Positions 12,951-25,570 of a DNA stretch of 64,000 nt are shown here, in pieces. Origin of the DNA: Dicyema japonicum (Eukaryota; Animalia; Dicyemida); the NCBI GenBank assembly GCA_011109175.1, contig RDEW01000005.1:496001-560000 (forward strand). Direction: 5' to 3'. Both the position numbers and the translations under genes were made by a program. The notes below the pieces were generated by a model. The model saw only the letters and a list, made by a program, of their open reading frames with translations. It did not search any database and had not been told where the DNA came from. Within the stretch, counting starts at the first letter, position 1, and every line of letters starts with the position of its first letter.

Positions 12951-13089
12951 CAAGACTTAAAAATAATTGTTTTTTGTTATTTTAAATAAATTCTTTGTTA
13001 AATTTAGCAATTGATATCTGGTTACCATAAAAACACGTAAAAAAAACAGGCTGCCCACAGGCATCAACTAGCCATTTGACATAATATCG

Positions 13090-13470
13090 TCATGCCAGAA
13101 ATGTCAGCGAAGTCAGCCCTCAAAGACAAAATATCAACTAGTCAACATAGTAACCAAAGAACCTCGAGAACGGTTCATTCAATAGTTTATTTTTAGCTAT
13201 AAAGTTGATGTAGTCGATCTTCCGTTTTATTCAGATATAAATGATTCCAATTGGATAACAACTTAACAAATTTTGATACTTAATGAATAACGGACAGTTT
13301 TTGAATAACAAATTTAAACAGTTCCTGATATTTTTTCTAAACTAATAAAAAACATTTCTAAGGAACAAAGCATCAAAAGTACCCGGCAGTAAGGTGGATC
13401 CAATGAAGCCATCGGAAGGAAAATAATTTATGACCAACTAGTCACATAGCGCCATGTGGCATAATAATTT
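13090..13470 (+). mobile_element. Ginger2/TDD integrase fragment (zinc finger and start of the catalytic core)
   Basis: CQKCQRSQPSKTKYQLVNIVTKEPRERF...VDVVDLPFYSDIN..W. Confidence 0.6.
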
Positions 13471-13916
13471 CTGATGAAAAGAAAATAATAAATATAAAAG
13501 ATTCAGATGTGTTACGCAAACTTGAACAAAATTAGTAATTGATTTTATTCATTATTAAAATTAGGAAACATTTAATTAGTAAAAAAAAGTTGAAATTTCG
13601 GAAAGTCTTCAGAGCTCTGGAGACTGTTATGACTTACGCTTCAGAGGTTAAACGCTGATTTTAACAAAACAAAGATCAGAGGTGAGAAAGAGTCTTCCTG
13701 TTGAATTCCTCTTTTTATTTTAACTTCTTCCTACGTTTTGTTTGCCAAATCTAGACATATATTTCATTTCGTGACGAGTAAATAAATAAATCTGACAATC
13801 CAGAAGGGAAGGCCAGAAATCTGCAATACCTAGTCGACCAAGTAAAAAGCCTATTTTTGAATGTTCTTATACTACTATTATATTTTAAATTTTATTTTTA
13901 AAATACAAAATCAAAA

Positions 13917-14090
13917 TAGGGTGGCATAGTGGTAAGGTGTCGGGCTAAAGTGGCTTAGGTCACGGGTTCGATTCTCACTGTTGTTCACCTGGTGGAAGGT
14001 TCCATGCATCTACGATTGCACCTTCGCATAAATAGGTAGTCTGGAATGGTATTAACCTTTCTGTAACAATAAATTGTAATGAAACAAAAC
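13917..14090 (+). mobile_element. tRNA-headed SINE (head type 1)
   Basis: A box TGGCATAGTGG and B box GGTTCGATTC, then CACCTGGTGGAAGGTTCCATGCATC. The head is nearly the same as in 45060-45215. Confidence 0.75.
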
Positions 14091-14214
14091 TTTATTAACC
14101 ATTGAAAGTAAAGAGGGCATTAATTTAAGCCTCATTACCACAAGTCCTCCCTTAGTTTGGACTCTCCTCTGAGACCTTAGACCCCTTTTATAGTTTATTC
14201 TGTGGTGCGACATA

Positions 14215-14730
14215 CTACTAAATGCTCTACACCCTCTCTCCTGCAGGAAGAGTGCAGACAGATTTCACAGACACATAGCCTTGAAAGAAGTCGTTAGGCG
14301 AGCTTTGGACGCCGCCGGACACTCCTCCATGCTCGAACCGGTCGGTCTTTGCAGGCGGGACGGGAAACGATCAGATAGGATGACAATCTTCCCTTTTGAA
14401 GCTGAAAAACCTCTTGTCTGGGACGTTACCTGCACCGACACATTTGCCTCTTGCAACCTACTTCAGAGTGCCTCTGGAACCTGTTCTGGCGCTGAGAAGG
14501 CCGAGAAGATGAAGCGGGGAAAATACGCAGTCCTATCCAATTATTTTTTGTTCCATTCGCCGTTGAGACGTCTGGTTCCCTTGCGCCTGCGACGCTAGAA
14601 TTCTTGAGTCGTCTAGGGAATCGGATCACTATATGAACAGGAGACCCTCGTGAGGTTGCTGGTTATTTGAGCGAATCTCGCTATCCCGAGAAGGAATAGC
14701 CACGCAGTCAGGGTAGCCGCTATATAACCG
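14215..14730 (+). mobile_element. CRE-clade non-LTR element, zinc knuckle plus REL endonuclease (3' end)
   Basis: HPLSCRKS..RFHRH, LEPVGLCRRDGKRSD, LVWDVTCTDT, AEKMKRGKY and GDPRE. Confidence 0.85.
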
Positions 14731-14769
14731 TTTACTCTCTTTTCTTCCCTTAATAAAAGTATATTTTAA

Positions 14770-15340
14770 TAATTGGAGACCGTACTAGTCGTTTATCTCT
14801 TCCATATACACATTGAGTCTCATATAGTCGATTTCTATACATCAGACAGTAACGCGTCGTCACCGTATATCAGAGATATCGTAAAATTAATATCTGTGGG
14901 ACTCCTCTCCTCAGTAATATCACATTTGAAAAGTAGCGTCCCATCTAAGGAGTTTTTTTCTTCTAGGTACACTTTCACCCAATTCACTAGTCCCTTGGGC
15001 TTTCCGTCCGAGATAACTGACCGATTATGGCTCTTCATTAAATGCTCTTTAAATGTCGATATGCATTCAAAAAACATTTGGATTCTCTGGCTTTGCTCGG
15101 AGTTGAAATGAAAAGAAACCCAGATTGATCCTCTTTTAAATAGTCTTGTTTTTCCATCAGATTTGAAACAATTTCTTTTATTATTGTCGGCTAATAGTAG
15201 CTTTATTTGGTTTTCCTGTCTTTGCTACCATCCGTATTTCCTTCCAATCGTGAACATGACCAATCTTATTACTTGCATAGAACATATTCTTGAGGACTTT
15301 GAATAGAATTTCTGGTCTTTTTGAACATCCTGGAGGTTCA
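14770..15340 (-). mobile_element. Degraded LINE RT of a second APE-type family
   Basis: PEILFKVLKNMF and LVNWVKVYL, with a degenerate YADD (YGDD). Homologous to 20640-20960, 32150-32720 and 57850-58600. Confidence 0.75.
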
Positions 15341-15824
15341 TAGAATTTGAGGAAGGTAATAAACTGAACGGAATTCTTCGACCAGACAGATAGGATGTGG
15401 AAGTTAGGTCAACATAGTCTTATAAGCTTAGAGACCTTCATATTACACAGAAGTACATTCAGAACTACAATAAATAAAAATATAAAATTATTGTGGTTAT
15501 GGAACCTCTAAAATTGAATGAAGGAAAGAAAATTATTTTTTTCGTGCTATCTTGACAATGGATTCATTCAAGGCGGTTAGGTCATGACGCTAACGCAGTA
15601 AAGAAAATTTAGTAAGAATCTTCAACCAAAACGCCAGTGGGGGAAATCGATCCAACGACATAGTATCAAAACGTGTTCACAAAAATAAAAACAAATCAGG
15701 ATTTGAGAGTGTTTTCTGAATAATTGAAATGCAAATGTGATCTATGATACGATAACCATTATTTACGAGGAAAAAACTTAAATGGGGTATTTTTGTAAAA
15801 TATTCTTGCATCAAAATTATTGTC

Positions 15825-16040
15825 GTAAGATGACGTCCCAGACAAGAAGTTTCCCTCCTTCAAAGGGGAAGATGGTCATCTCATCCGGTCGTTTCCCGTC
15901 ACGCCTGGTTCGAGAATAAAAGGGTGTCAAAAGCTTGTTCAAGACCATGTGTCTGGGATATCTGCCCGCAACCTTCCTGCAAAAAAAGGGATGTAGGCCA
16001 AAACAGTCAATCTGGTCTCCACATCGGCGTGGATGCAGGG
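15825..16040 (-). mobile_element. CRE-clade zinc knuckle/REL fragment
   Basis: CGDQIDCFGLHP..CRK.AGRYPRH and RDGKRPDEMTIFPFEGGKLLVWDV. Confidence 0.82.
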
Positions 16041-16044
16041 TATT

Positions 16045-16440
16045 AATGCATTATAGTACTAAGCACTTATACCCCTAAGTAATTTTTCTTATTTTGCTAA
16101 TTAATATTTTTTTAGCGCTAATAAGATTGTTTAAGTGCTATAAACAACTTTCTTCACTTATAACTCTAAATTACTCTGAGACTGGCGTTGCAAGAGACAA
16201 AAAATGGCGACCTTGACATTGGTCCCCTCTCCCCTTTACGGAGGAGGAAAATGAAATTTTTTAATTTTGTCTAAAAACATTATTGTTTTGCAAAAGGCCA
16301 AAAACTATGGTTACTGGTTTTGTGTAGTACCCACTAAGCGATTTAGTTCCCTTAACAATTATGGTACTCCTTATTACATAGTATCCCTACACAATTATAG
16401 TAAACCCTAAGAACTTATTGTACCCCATGAAAATAATAAG
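16045..16440 (+). repeat. Left copy of an inverted repeat of about 190 bp, plus short subterminal-like repeats (AATTATAGTACCCT-like)
   Basis: 16045-16225 aligns with the reverse complement of 20375-20530. Confidence 0.7.
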
Positions 16441-16559
16441 TTTTTTGACTATAAAACAACAAACATTAACAATTAGAACTTATCTCCCAAAATCTTCAAT
16501 GAAAATAGTCATATTTAAATTCATAAATAAATAGAAAAATCGAGACGGGATTGTAATAA

Positions 16560-19470
16560 CTCTATTGGCACACTCCTCAATTTAACTAACAATCTTGCTT
16601 TGCACTCTCTCCATACTCTCTCGACGGTTTGTGTGAGAATATTACTGTCACGCCAGCACCACGTGGCTTTCTGTATCTTCTCTCTGAGAAGGGGATCTTA
16701 TTCTGGAACAGATTTCTATTGAAGTTCCCTTTTCTTCGACGAGATGTTTTACACTCTGTGTAATGTCTATATCCCGCCTCAGGGGTCATGTACTACTTCC
16801 TACATCCCCAACCTATTGAGCCTGTGTGGACTAAAGGATCTGCTACTATGCGGAGACCTAAACGCGAAACATCCACTCTGGCTCCGGACACAATCAGCCG
16901 ACAGTCGCGGCGAGTACATCCTTTCCTTACTTAATGATTTGACTATCCTCAATGACCCGGACCTCACACAAGGACCCCTCCCGCAGAAGGGACAGTCCAA
17001 CATCCCCGGACCTGTCCCTCTGCTCTCCTTCTATGGTTGGATGTATTTCATGGAATGTTCGTTATGGTTTCTCAAGCGACCATAACCCTATTGTGTTGAG
17101 ACTAAGAAGGCCTATTTGTTTACTGTGTTGTTCTACTAAAAAAATTACTTAAAGCTGACTGGCAAGGTTTCAGGACGTATGTGGACAATAGTCTCCTTGA
17201 CCTTACCATGGGTAATTGTACAGTAGAGAAGACGGCCAAGATTCTGTCTGCTATCATTTTGAAAGCTGATAAACTATTTATACCTGTCGCCTCTTACAAG
17301 AAGTTCAATCCAAGATAATGTCACTCATCAAGAAGCGAGATGCGCTGAAGAAGAAAAGAACGCAGTCCAATAAATCCTTCTACTCCATACGTTCACTGAA
17401 TACCAAATTATCTGAGCTTATCCGAACTAACAACAGACTCAAATGGAGCCGCCTAGTTGGACGACTATGTCACAAAAACTCTTGTGCCACATTTTGGAAA
17501 ACACTAAGAAGGATCAATAGCCTTATCAATGAGGAGGACCGCGGAACTGATGCCGTTACCTGCACGCAAACTCGCAAACAAGATTATGAAGTACTACGTA
17601 TCGATCAGCCATAAAGATTTTTCTCGTTCTACATTTGTTGAACGGCGCCGGCCGCAACATAAACCGTATTACATTTTCTTCACCCCCATGATGTTGACAA
17701 GGCTATTAAATTGCTATGTCCCACTCGTGCTTGTGGTCCCGACGGTATTTGCACTATTCACCTCAAACACCTTGGACCTCAGGCACGAGCCACACTATCA
17801 AGACTGTACAACGACTCTATCAACTACCATACGCTACCTAATATAGGGAAAAAATCCCTGATTACGCCTAATCTATAGCCTAGAAAACTAAAAGACGTTC
17901 CTTCTTCTTACCGCTCCATCTCAATAACATGTGTTCTATCAAAAGTACTGGAAAAGCTTGTGTTAATGCGCATCTCTCCTGTTCTACATATACCAGAGTT
18001 CAATATGGTTTCAGAGCAGACCGTTCTACAACGACTCATTTGGGTTCTATCTCCCAGTTTATTACTGAGCTTCAACATGAGAACACACTTACGGACGGCC
18101 TTAGTATCTATCGATATACAGAAGGCCTTTGACTCTGTTCCGAGGAAACTCCTAACGCAAAAGATTTTTAATTCCAACTTACATTCGAACATACGACAAA
18201 ACAACCCCGCTTCATACCGACCAATTCTCTATTATGTTCATTTTCAAAATTATTGGAAAAACTGGTACTTGATCTCATTTCCCCGTCCCTTACTTCAGTT
18301 CCTCTCAACATGGCTTCAGAAAGTTCTATTCAACGTCCACCCACCTTACTTCTCTCAATCAATTTATCCTTGATGGCTTCAACTCAAGTCATCGTCATCT
18401 CAAAACCATCGTCTGCTCTGTGGATCTACGTAAAGCCTTTGACTCTGTCTCCAAGAAAAATCTTAACCAGGAAATTATTTGGACTCTCCATTAACCCCAA
18501 ATCTAAAACTCTGGCTTTCGAATTTCCTCAGCGGGAGAAGGGCCCGGGTTTGTATGGATGGGACCAAATCACTTTCGAGACTACTTCCCAATGGTGTTCC
18601 GCAAGGCTCTCCTTTGTCCCCCGCCTTATTCAACCTTTTAATGTCCGATTTGCCACGATCAGTTGATAAAGACGATCTTCTTTTCTTTTATGCTGATGAC
18701 ATTCTATTTGGATCCCGTGAACAGGATCTCCTAAAAGCCTCAGAAAGAGTTCAAAAACAACTACACGTGATTCAAAATTGGTTAATCTCCAACAGACTTG
18801 ATATATCTCCTGAGAAGTCCTCCACATCCTATTTACTTCAGACAAAAGTCTTAGAAGAATGACCGTTGATTTATTTATCAACCAAAACTAAAATACCTTT
18901 TACGAAGAAATTGAAAATCTTAGGAGTCGCCTTGACACGCACATGACCTTCTCCCTCATGTCGAATATATTTCCGGAACCTGCTCAAGAAAGCTTGTTTG
19001 ATCAAGTCTATTTTGGTGGCATCAGAACCCTTTCCCAGCATTAAAACTACTACATAAACAATTCATTGAGCCATCTATCAGCTACGCCTGTGCGTCTTGG
19101 GGAATCAACCTATCCTGGACGAACAAACAGAAAATCAGTGATATTCAGTCCCTATCAGCTACAACTATCGGCAAGCTCGTGAGAACAGTCAGTCTCACAC
19201 CCACCTCTCTAGAAGACCTTATCGACAAAATGGGAAAGGATTCGCCGCTCTGTGTCGAAAATCCAACTTCCTACAATGCTCTAATGGATTGGGTCTTACT
19301 AGAAAACTTTACATCACCCCTCTTGTTTTTCTTTCAAAACCCTCCCGTCCTCAGAGAAGCTGTGTTGGATCTCGGAAGGTCCACCGGAAAAAGATGAGAG
19401 ACCTGATTGAGGCGGCCGGGATCACCTAATTAGTTTAATACAATTAAATTAACTATTGGTGTTCTTGGGT
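16560..19470 (+). mobile_element. Near full-length, frameshifted GIT-type LINE (APE plus RT, no RNase H seen)
   Basis: APE motifs NVYIPP, GDLNAKHPLW, DSRG, PDLSLCS and SDHNPI. RT motifs IDIQKAFDSV, PQGSPLSP and YADD. Ends AAGIT* with a TAAA tail. RT domains 1-4 occur twice (about 17860-18190 and 18195-18480). Confidence 0.88.
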
Positions 19471-19489
19471 TAATAAATAAATAAACATC

Positions 19490-20360
19490 AAGCTATGGCT
19501 GGAAAATTTCTTAACTGGGCGACGCAGAAGGGTCCGCTTCCAAATCAAGACTACTCCCCAATAGGGTCCGCAAGGCTCCCCTCTGTCTCCTCTCTACACG
19601 ATTTACCTACTACCAATGATCAGGACACCATGTTTTTATTTTATGCAGACAACTTGATTATCGATGCAAAAGACAAATCTCCCTCCATGGCGATGGTTCA
19701 GTCACATCTCAACCAGGTGTGTGACTGGCTATCCATAAATTTGCTGTCTGTATCTGCATCCAAGTCTCAGTTCACGCTATTTACTCCGGAAAGCAGATTT
19801 AAAAGTGGACTTGAGCTATTCCTCAAAAACATTCCCATCCCTTATACACGAATCCAGAAGATCCTTGGAGTAACTCTTGACTCTCTGATGTCGTTTGCCA
19901 TTCATACGGAGGAGTTGTTAACCAAGGGTTATCGAAAATAAATAATCCTAAAAGCCATCGTAAAGAAGAGCCCCTTCTTCCTACTGCTTGTATCAGCAAA
20001 GTATATCTCCAAGTTATTGCGCCGACGATTGAATATGCCTGTTCTGCCTGGAGATTCGCCATTCCGTCTGCGAGGGTGGAGCGTGTGAATTCTCTCAAAC
20101 GGAAGATCATGAGGCACATACAATCAGAGTCCACATCCGTTCCCAGTCTGCTTTCAGAGGAGGCGACGTTGAAGAATGGGTTTCCTACGTTTTCTGCAAG
20201 GAACTGAGAAACCACTCAAAGAAAAGGTGGCCCAGATTAAGAGAGTCAGAAGACCAGATTAAGAGAGTTCGGATGTTGTTGGAGGCTGGGATCACCTAAT
20301 TAGTTAGTTTTGAGCTATCTATTTTGGTGGTCTTAGGGTTAAATGTACTAATAATAATAC
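19490..20360 (+). mobile_element. 5'-truncated GIT-type LINE
   Basis: YADN, QKILGVTLD and EYACSAW; ends EAGIT* with a TAA tail. Same subfamily as 49700-50450. Confidence 0.82.
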
Positions 20361-20364
20361 AGCT

Positions 20365-20530
20365 GCAATAACCATAGTTTTCAAGGTCGCCCTTTTTGTC
20401 CCTGCAATGGCAGTCTCACGGTAATTTAGAGTGATAAGTGGAGTAGTTTGTTTCTAGCACTTAAAAAACCTATTAGGGCTAAAATTATTAAATCGACCAC
20501 TTATAACTGGTACTATATATTATTGCGTCT
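20365..20530 (-). repeat. Right copy of the inverted repeat
   Basis: Its reverse complement shares TAAGTGCTA...CACTTATxACTCTAAATTACxxTGAGACTGxCxTTGCA...GGCGACCTTGA with 16130-16220. Confidence 0.7.
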
Positions 20531-20639
20531 TTAATTTTCATATTTTAGTATGTTTAAAGTTATTCAATTATATCATCAAGTTTTCTAAACTGTTTTAACC
20601 AGTTTAATTATTTTACAGTGTCAATCACAGATATCTTGG

Positions 20640-20960
20640 ACAAGAAGCTCAAATAAACTAGTGAATTGGGTTAGATGGAGACGCTATTTTCAAATGAAGA
20701 AAGATACTTCTATGTTAGATGGAGACGCTATTTTTCAATGTGATATTACCGAAGAGAGGAGACCCACAGAGATCAATTTTGAGTCCTCTATTATTTAATG
20801 TTCTAACGGCCGGTTTTCCGTCTCCGAAGTCACCAACTACGATATCTCTGATGTACGCAGACGACGTGCTAATATCTGATGTGTGAGATTGAGTATGATC
20901 TCGGAGAAAAGACTCAATTTGTATATGGAAGAGATAAAAGACTTGTGCGGTCCCATTACT
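20640..20960 (+). mobile_element. Degraded LINE RT fragment, second family
   Basis: ILSPLLFNVL and SLMYADDVL; nucleotide similarity to 14770-15000. Confidence 0.75.
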
Positions 20961-21249
20961 CCATTGACGTTTAGTTGTAGAACCGTAGTCAAATTTTTGT
21001 AGTATGTTTAGGAATTCCTTCCGGGTAGTTGAAGCCGAAAGCGCGTGCCGACGGAGAGACAGTATCCTTGGAGGTAAATGTTTAATGGTTCTCTTTGGAG
21101 GTGCCCCCTGAGCGTATACCAATAGTTACAAAACTTGTGAACTACATAACGGCACGCTAAAAATTCATTAAAATTCAAAAAAGTTTTCATAAATGCCATT
21201 TCTTACTTTTAATGAATTATTTTAATAAAAAATAAAATATTAAACACGT

Positions 21250-22275
21250 GCAAGAATAATAATCTTTTTATGCCACGTTGGAAAAATCTTTGATTCAACA
21301 ATTCGCCCTAACTTGAAGCTATGGCTGGCCAATTTTTTATCTGGAAGACGTGGGAGGGTCATCTGTGGCCATATCAGATCACGTTTACTACCAAACGGAG
21401 TGCCCCAAGGTTCGCCTTTGTCCCCCACTCTATTCAACTTTTTCCTCCACGACCTGTTAGCAGACATTGACAAGGAACTTCCTACTGCTTTCTTATGCTG
21501 ACGATATCATCATTGCAACAAGAAGCAGTTCGACATCAGAAGCAGTCTCACTCCACAGAAGAAAGTGGATTATATTTACGATTGGTTGATAGCTAACCGT
21601 CTTTCAGTATCGGCTCCAAAATCAACATACACTCTATTCACCTCCGACCGGCGGTCCAAATAAGAACCAGAAATCTTCATCGGACATACTCGGATACCTG
21701 TCACAAGGAACCCCTCAATCCTGGGACTGACATACGACAGGCTGCTTAATTTTACCTACCATGCCAAACAAGTCTTCACCAAAGGACTACAGAAATTGAA
21801 TGTCACACGTGCCCTCATCCAGAAGACCTCAGCGAATATGAATAAAGCAATCGGAACCATATACCACAATCTGTGGAATATGCCTCTGCTGCGTGGAGAT
21901 TCGCGTTATCAGAGGCCACTATCCAAAAACTAAACTTACTGCAAAGGAAAACAACACGTATGCTGGGACCACAATGTGAAACAGAAATACCTCCCCTGCT
22001 GATGGAATCTACAACTTGTATGTGGTTCCGGATTTCTACTCATTTGCGAGGAAGATGGACACCCACTAAGCCTCTCACTGTCTTACGCAAAAGAAAATCG
22101 GTTGGCTAAAAAATTTCCTTCCCCAATTGGCTTCCTCTGCAAGGATCAAAGAAGGCATTTCCGTTCGACAGCGGGAACAATGAGACGCACAGGTTTAGGA
22201 TGGCACGTTTGGTTGTGGGAACTGGGATCACCTAACTAGTTGACTTTACTTTTGTCTTTCCTTCTCGGTTAATAA
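21250..22275 (+). mobile_element. 5'-truncated GIT-type LINE
   Basis: WLANFLSGRRGRV, PNGVPQGSPLSP, YADD and EYASAAW; ends GTGIT* with a TAAA tail. Confidence 0.85.
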
Positions 22276-22329
22276 ATAAATGCCACGTTCCAAATCACCA
22301 TAATTTACATTAAAAGAACTATAGAATTA

Positions 22330-22645
22330 ATTGAGCCTCGTGCCCCATGTGGTGCTGCGTGGTTAATTTGTTGAAGTTTTCTGTTTGTTTGTTTCTCCTC
22401 TCTCTTCCTATTAGAGTGGAATCATGTGATCCACCTGTCTAGATGGCGACCAGTGCCTGGCTGGCATGAAAAAGGATCATATGCTCTCCTCCACTCCACT
22501 GGAAGGGTTTCCACAACTGCAAGTATGGACGTCTTTAACCCTTTCTGTTGATTTCGGATGGACTCTGTAGAAGTGGAAACTGGATGCACTTAATTAGTTG
22601 TTTACTCTAACTTCTTTTTCGGTGTATCCGGGGTTAATTAATTTA
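22330..22645 (+). mobile_element. SINE body type B with LINE-like 3' end
   Basis: Collinear with 59715-60015 over about 300 nt; ends taattagtt...ggtgtatccggggttaat. Confidence 0.75.
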
Positions 22646-23275
22646 AATTTAAAAAAGGTGAGTTTGAATAAGAATTTTGAGTTCTTATTGTGGTCAGGTT
22701 TCCACATTTTTAGTTTATCTGTAAAAACTATATTTTTGAAATTTTATTGTTAAACTCTAAATTTCTCTGAGTCTGGTTCTTTTTCATTATCTGAGCATTT
22801 TTCTTCGGCAGTTTTTCAAGCTTCCTGATTAGCCTTATAAACTTTGCCGTGTTGGACAGCATATTAAAGAATATGTTTTATATTGGAAACAGATCACTGA
22901 CCCTGTTGAACTGTATCGTGAAAATTTTTCTTTCTCTCGAGAACTTTTTGAGCGTTTCAATAGTTCACTCAATAGTACACAAGTCGACGACTATTGCAAG
23001 GAGAAAAGAAATATATTGGAGAAATGAGCTGACTTGAAAGAATTTCCTTATAAATCGTCATTATTATTAATAGCAATGTCCGCAGAACCAGAAGTGTGTC
23101 CTGCCTATGCGGAGTCAATACCACGGCTTCGTGTAAAAGGCTGTTGTTATTATTAAATGCCCTACTCATCACCAAATTATTTGATAAACTCAGGAATATT
23201 CCAGTTCTAGTGTATCTAATTTTGTTTGCAACTAACAAAAGTGAAGTTTAATTCCATGACCTTTATTGGTCATCC

Positions 23276-23538
23276 GGGTGGCGCATTGTGACGGTTGCCG
23301 GGAAAGAGGCCTTAAGTTTGCTAGTTCGAATCCCGATACTGCACATTTCGGTTGAAAGTTCCAAGCATCAAAATGCTTTGGCTTGACGAGTGACGCCGGC
23401 ATCAGTGAACTTCACTGCGGAACCGGATTGTCTATACAGGGAAGAGCATATAACTGTTCTTTGCTTAAAATAAAGTGTGTGTTCTGCATGAGGAGAGCTA
23501 TAACTGATTTGGCTCCTCGGAAAGTGCGAATATTATTA
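23276..23538 (+). mobile_element. tRNA-headed SINE body type A, with (TAT)n tail and target-site duplication
   Basis: B box AGTTCGAATCC and core GGCTTGACGAGTGACG..CATCAGTGAACTTCACTG. Flanked by ttattggtcatcc (23263-23275) and ttattggccatcc (23539-23551). Confidence 0.8.
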
Positions 23539-23795
23539 TTATTGGCCATCCACGGTAAATTCAGAAAAAGTCAATTTTTATTAAATTTACACTAGAAATC
23601 AGACAACTTTATAAATCGCCGTTTCTTACAGAAAATGGCTAATTATAGTAATGTCAAAATTTTATGTAAAACTTCAATAAAACTTGTGCCAATCGTTATT
23701 AAAAAAATTATTATTAAATAATAAATTTTTAAATCATATATTTTTTATTTGTTAATAATAAATAATTTTAAAAAGTAATAGTATTGTACACTAAA

Positions 23796-24637
23796 ATGGA
23801 CGCTGAATTGCGTGAAGAAACTTTGGTTACCTTCGGAAGCATAGTGGACTCTATGCTTTTATTTAATGGGAATCTCCCTAACTTTATCGAAGGAATACAA
23901 CAAATACTATCCAATCTAAAGTAATAACTCACAATTTTGCTTAAATACATAATTGTAATTAAATTTACTTAAGGATTCGATCCTCGAGGCTCAAAAGTGA
24001 GGCCAGGAGAGTCCTTAGTGGAGTGAAAAGTACGCTTGACTTGTATTTGCCTTTACTGAATTCAGTGACTTAAATCACCGAGAGACAAGCAAACTCTTCG
24101 CTCGAGCCCACCGTCGTCAACAATGTACCGTATTTGGCCGCTACGTCCCTGAAAAACTGAAAGAAGCTGACCAACTAGTCGAAATGATCAGGCGAACTAA
24201 TTCCTTCATGAAGGATGGGTCCGACCGATTCACTGTGGAAATTCCTACTTTGGACTTTAAATGTGGTTTGCTTTATGATTTTATGAGAAATCCCCCGATC
24301 TAAGTGGAGTCTGCAGACGAAGAAAGAACTGGAGATCCAAGCAGACGAGGAGACCTTAAGGAATACGCTCAATCAGAATAGAGAATCGATGACTTGGCTC
24401 ACAGGAGGGTTGGATTCATACCATCAGATTCAAAGTTTGTTGAAGATGTTAATTTTATTTAGAAGTTACTTATGAGTCTTCTGTTGACTCTCAAGTTAAT
24501 GTTAGGGCCCTCAGAAACGAAGAGATCCTGAGTTTGTCTCCGCCCATTATAACTTCATCGTTTATTTTTGGTTTTTACTATTCAGGGTACGAATCATCCC
24601 CCGTTCTACTTCAAGATCTCGTAAATCCACAAATTGA
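23796..24637 (+). CDS. Candidate micro-intron-split orphan gene
   Basis: Stop-free blocks (MDAELREETL..., TSKLFARAHRRQQCTVFGRYVPEK..., EIPRSKWSLQTKKELEIQ...) join through GT-AG gaps of 53, 20, 22, 28 and 26 nt. No homology recognised, and other splice solutions exist. Confidence 0.38.
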
Positions 24638-24719
24638 TATTTTTTTAATTTATTTTTGGTAATTTTTCTATTTTTAGAAGTCAATTAAGTTTTTTAAGTT
24701 AAGTATTAATTCCCAAATT

Positions 24720-24945
24720 GTTTGGTAGAGGGGTTCAGTTCTGTCCCTTCTCAAGATCCTATGAGTCGATTGATCCACCTGTCTCGGGAGATACCCAATG
24801 CCTGGCCGGCATCCAAAAAGGACTGGAGAGGTTCCCATAATGGGGGATATTTGGACAGAATGCGATTCACTCCCACCGAAGGAACTGAATATACCTTAGA
24901 CGTTAATTAACTCTTTCCGGTATAACATGGGTTATTAAATAATGA
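24720..24945 (+). mobile_element. SINE body type B, internally deleted
   Basis: gatccacctgtct...tgcctggccggcat.aaaaagga...ctggagaggttccc matches 22430-22520. Confidence 0.65.
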
Positions 24946-25429
24946 AATTTGTGTCTGCCCATGATGTCCACAAAACCTAATGGCTTTTCAAATTTACCTC
25001 CAGGCAACGCCATATGACGACGATTTACTCAATTGACAAGTGATTTCAGGTTTCTAAAATTTAATCCTTAGTTTCTGTTAGATAATAAATTTCCACTGGT
25101 TTTTGTGCAGTTAATTGTCTGTATGCTTAATTTGCATTGCTTTATTGCATCCTTGCATACTTACATTATTTTAGGGTTGTAACCATTATCTTATTTAACC
25201 TGACTGTTGCTCTCCCTCAAAACATACGACCACTGTCGGAGTTCCCTTTTACTGGATAAATACCATCCTCCCAATAAACAGTAGGTAATGTTTCCATTAC
25301 TTAAACCCACCTTAGGTAGAACTCACACTTTGTTTTAAGGAGTAATAACAGTAATGTTAATTAATCTATATCCAAAAATGTGTTCTTTCGTTTGCTGTGA
25401 GTTCCATACAACAATCCACTTGCGCTCTG

Positions 25430-25570
25430 TTTAAACACTTATGACGGCGTCTCTCGTCAACCCCAAACCATCCTAGACGTGTGGAACTTTCAACTAAATG
25501 GGCAGTAGCGAGATTCGAACAGGGAACCTCATGATTTTGGTCAGGAGCTTATTAGACTGAGCCAATTTAA
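25430..25570 (-). mobile_element. SINE body type A with a different tRNA head
   Basis: The reverse strand has GCTCAGTCTAATAAG...GTTCGAATCTC, then gttgaaagttccacacg...ttgacgagagacgccgtcat. Confidence 0.62.

Noticed and set aside
13021-13034. Second perfect X-box consensus (a third is at 62402-62415)
   Set aside because: The downstream sequence is a Ginger2 remnant, and about one chance match is expected in a window this size.
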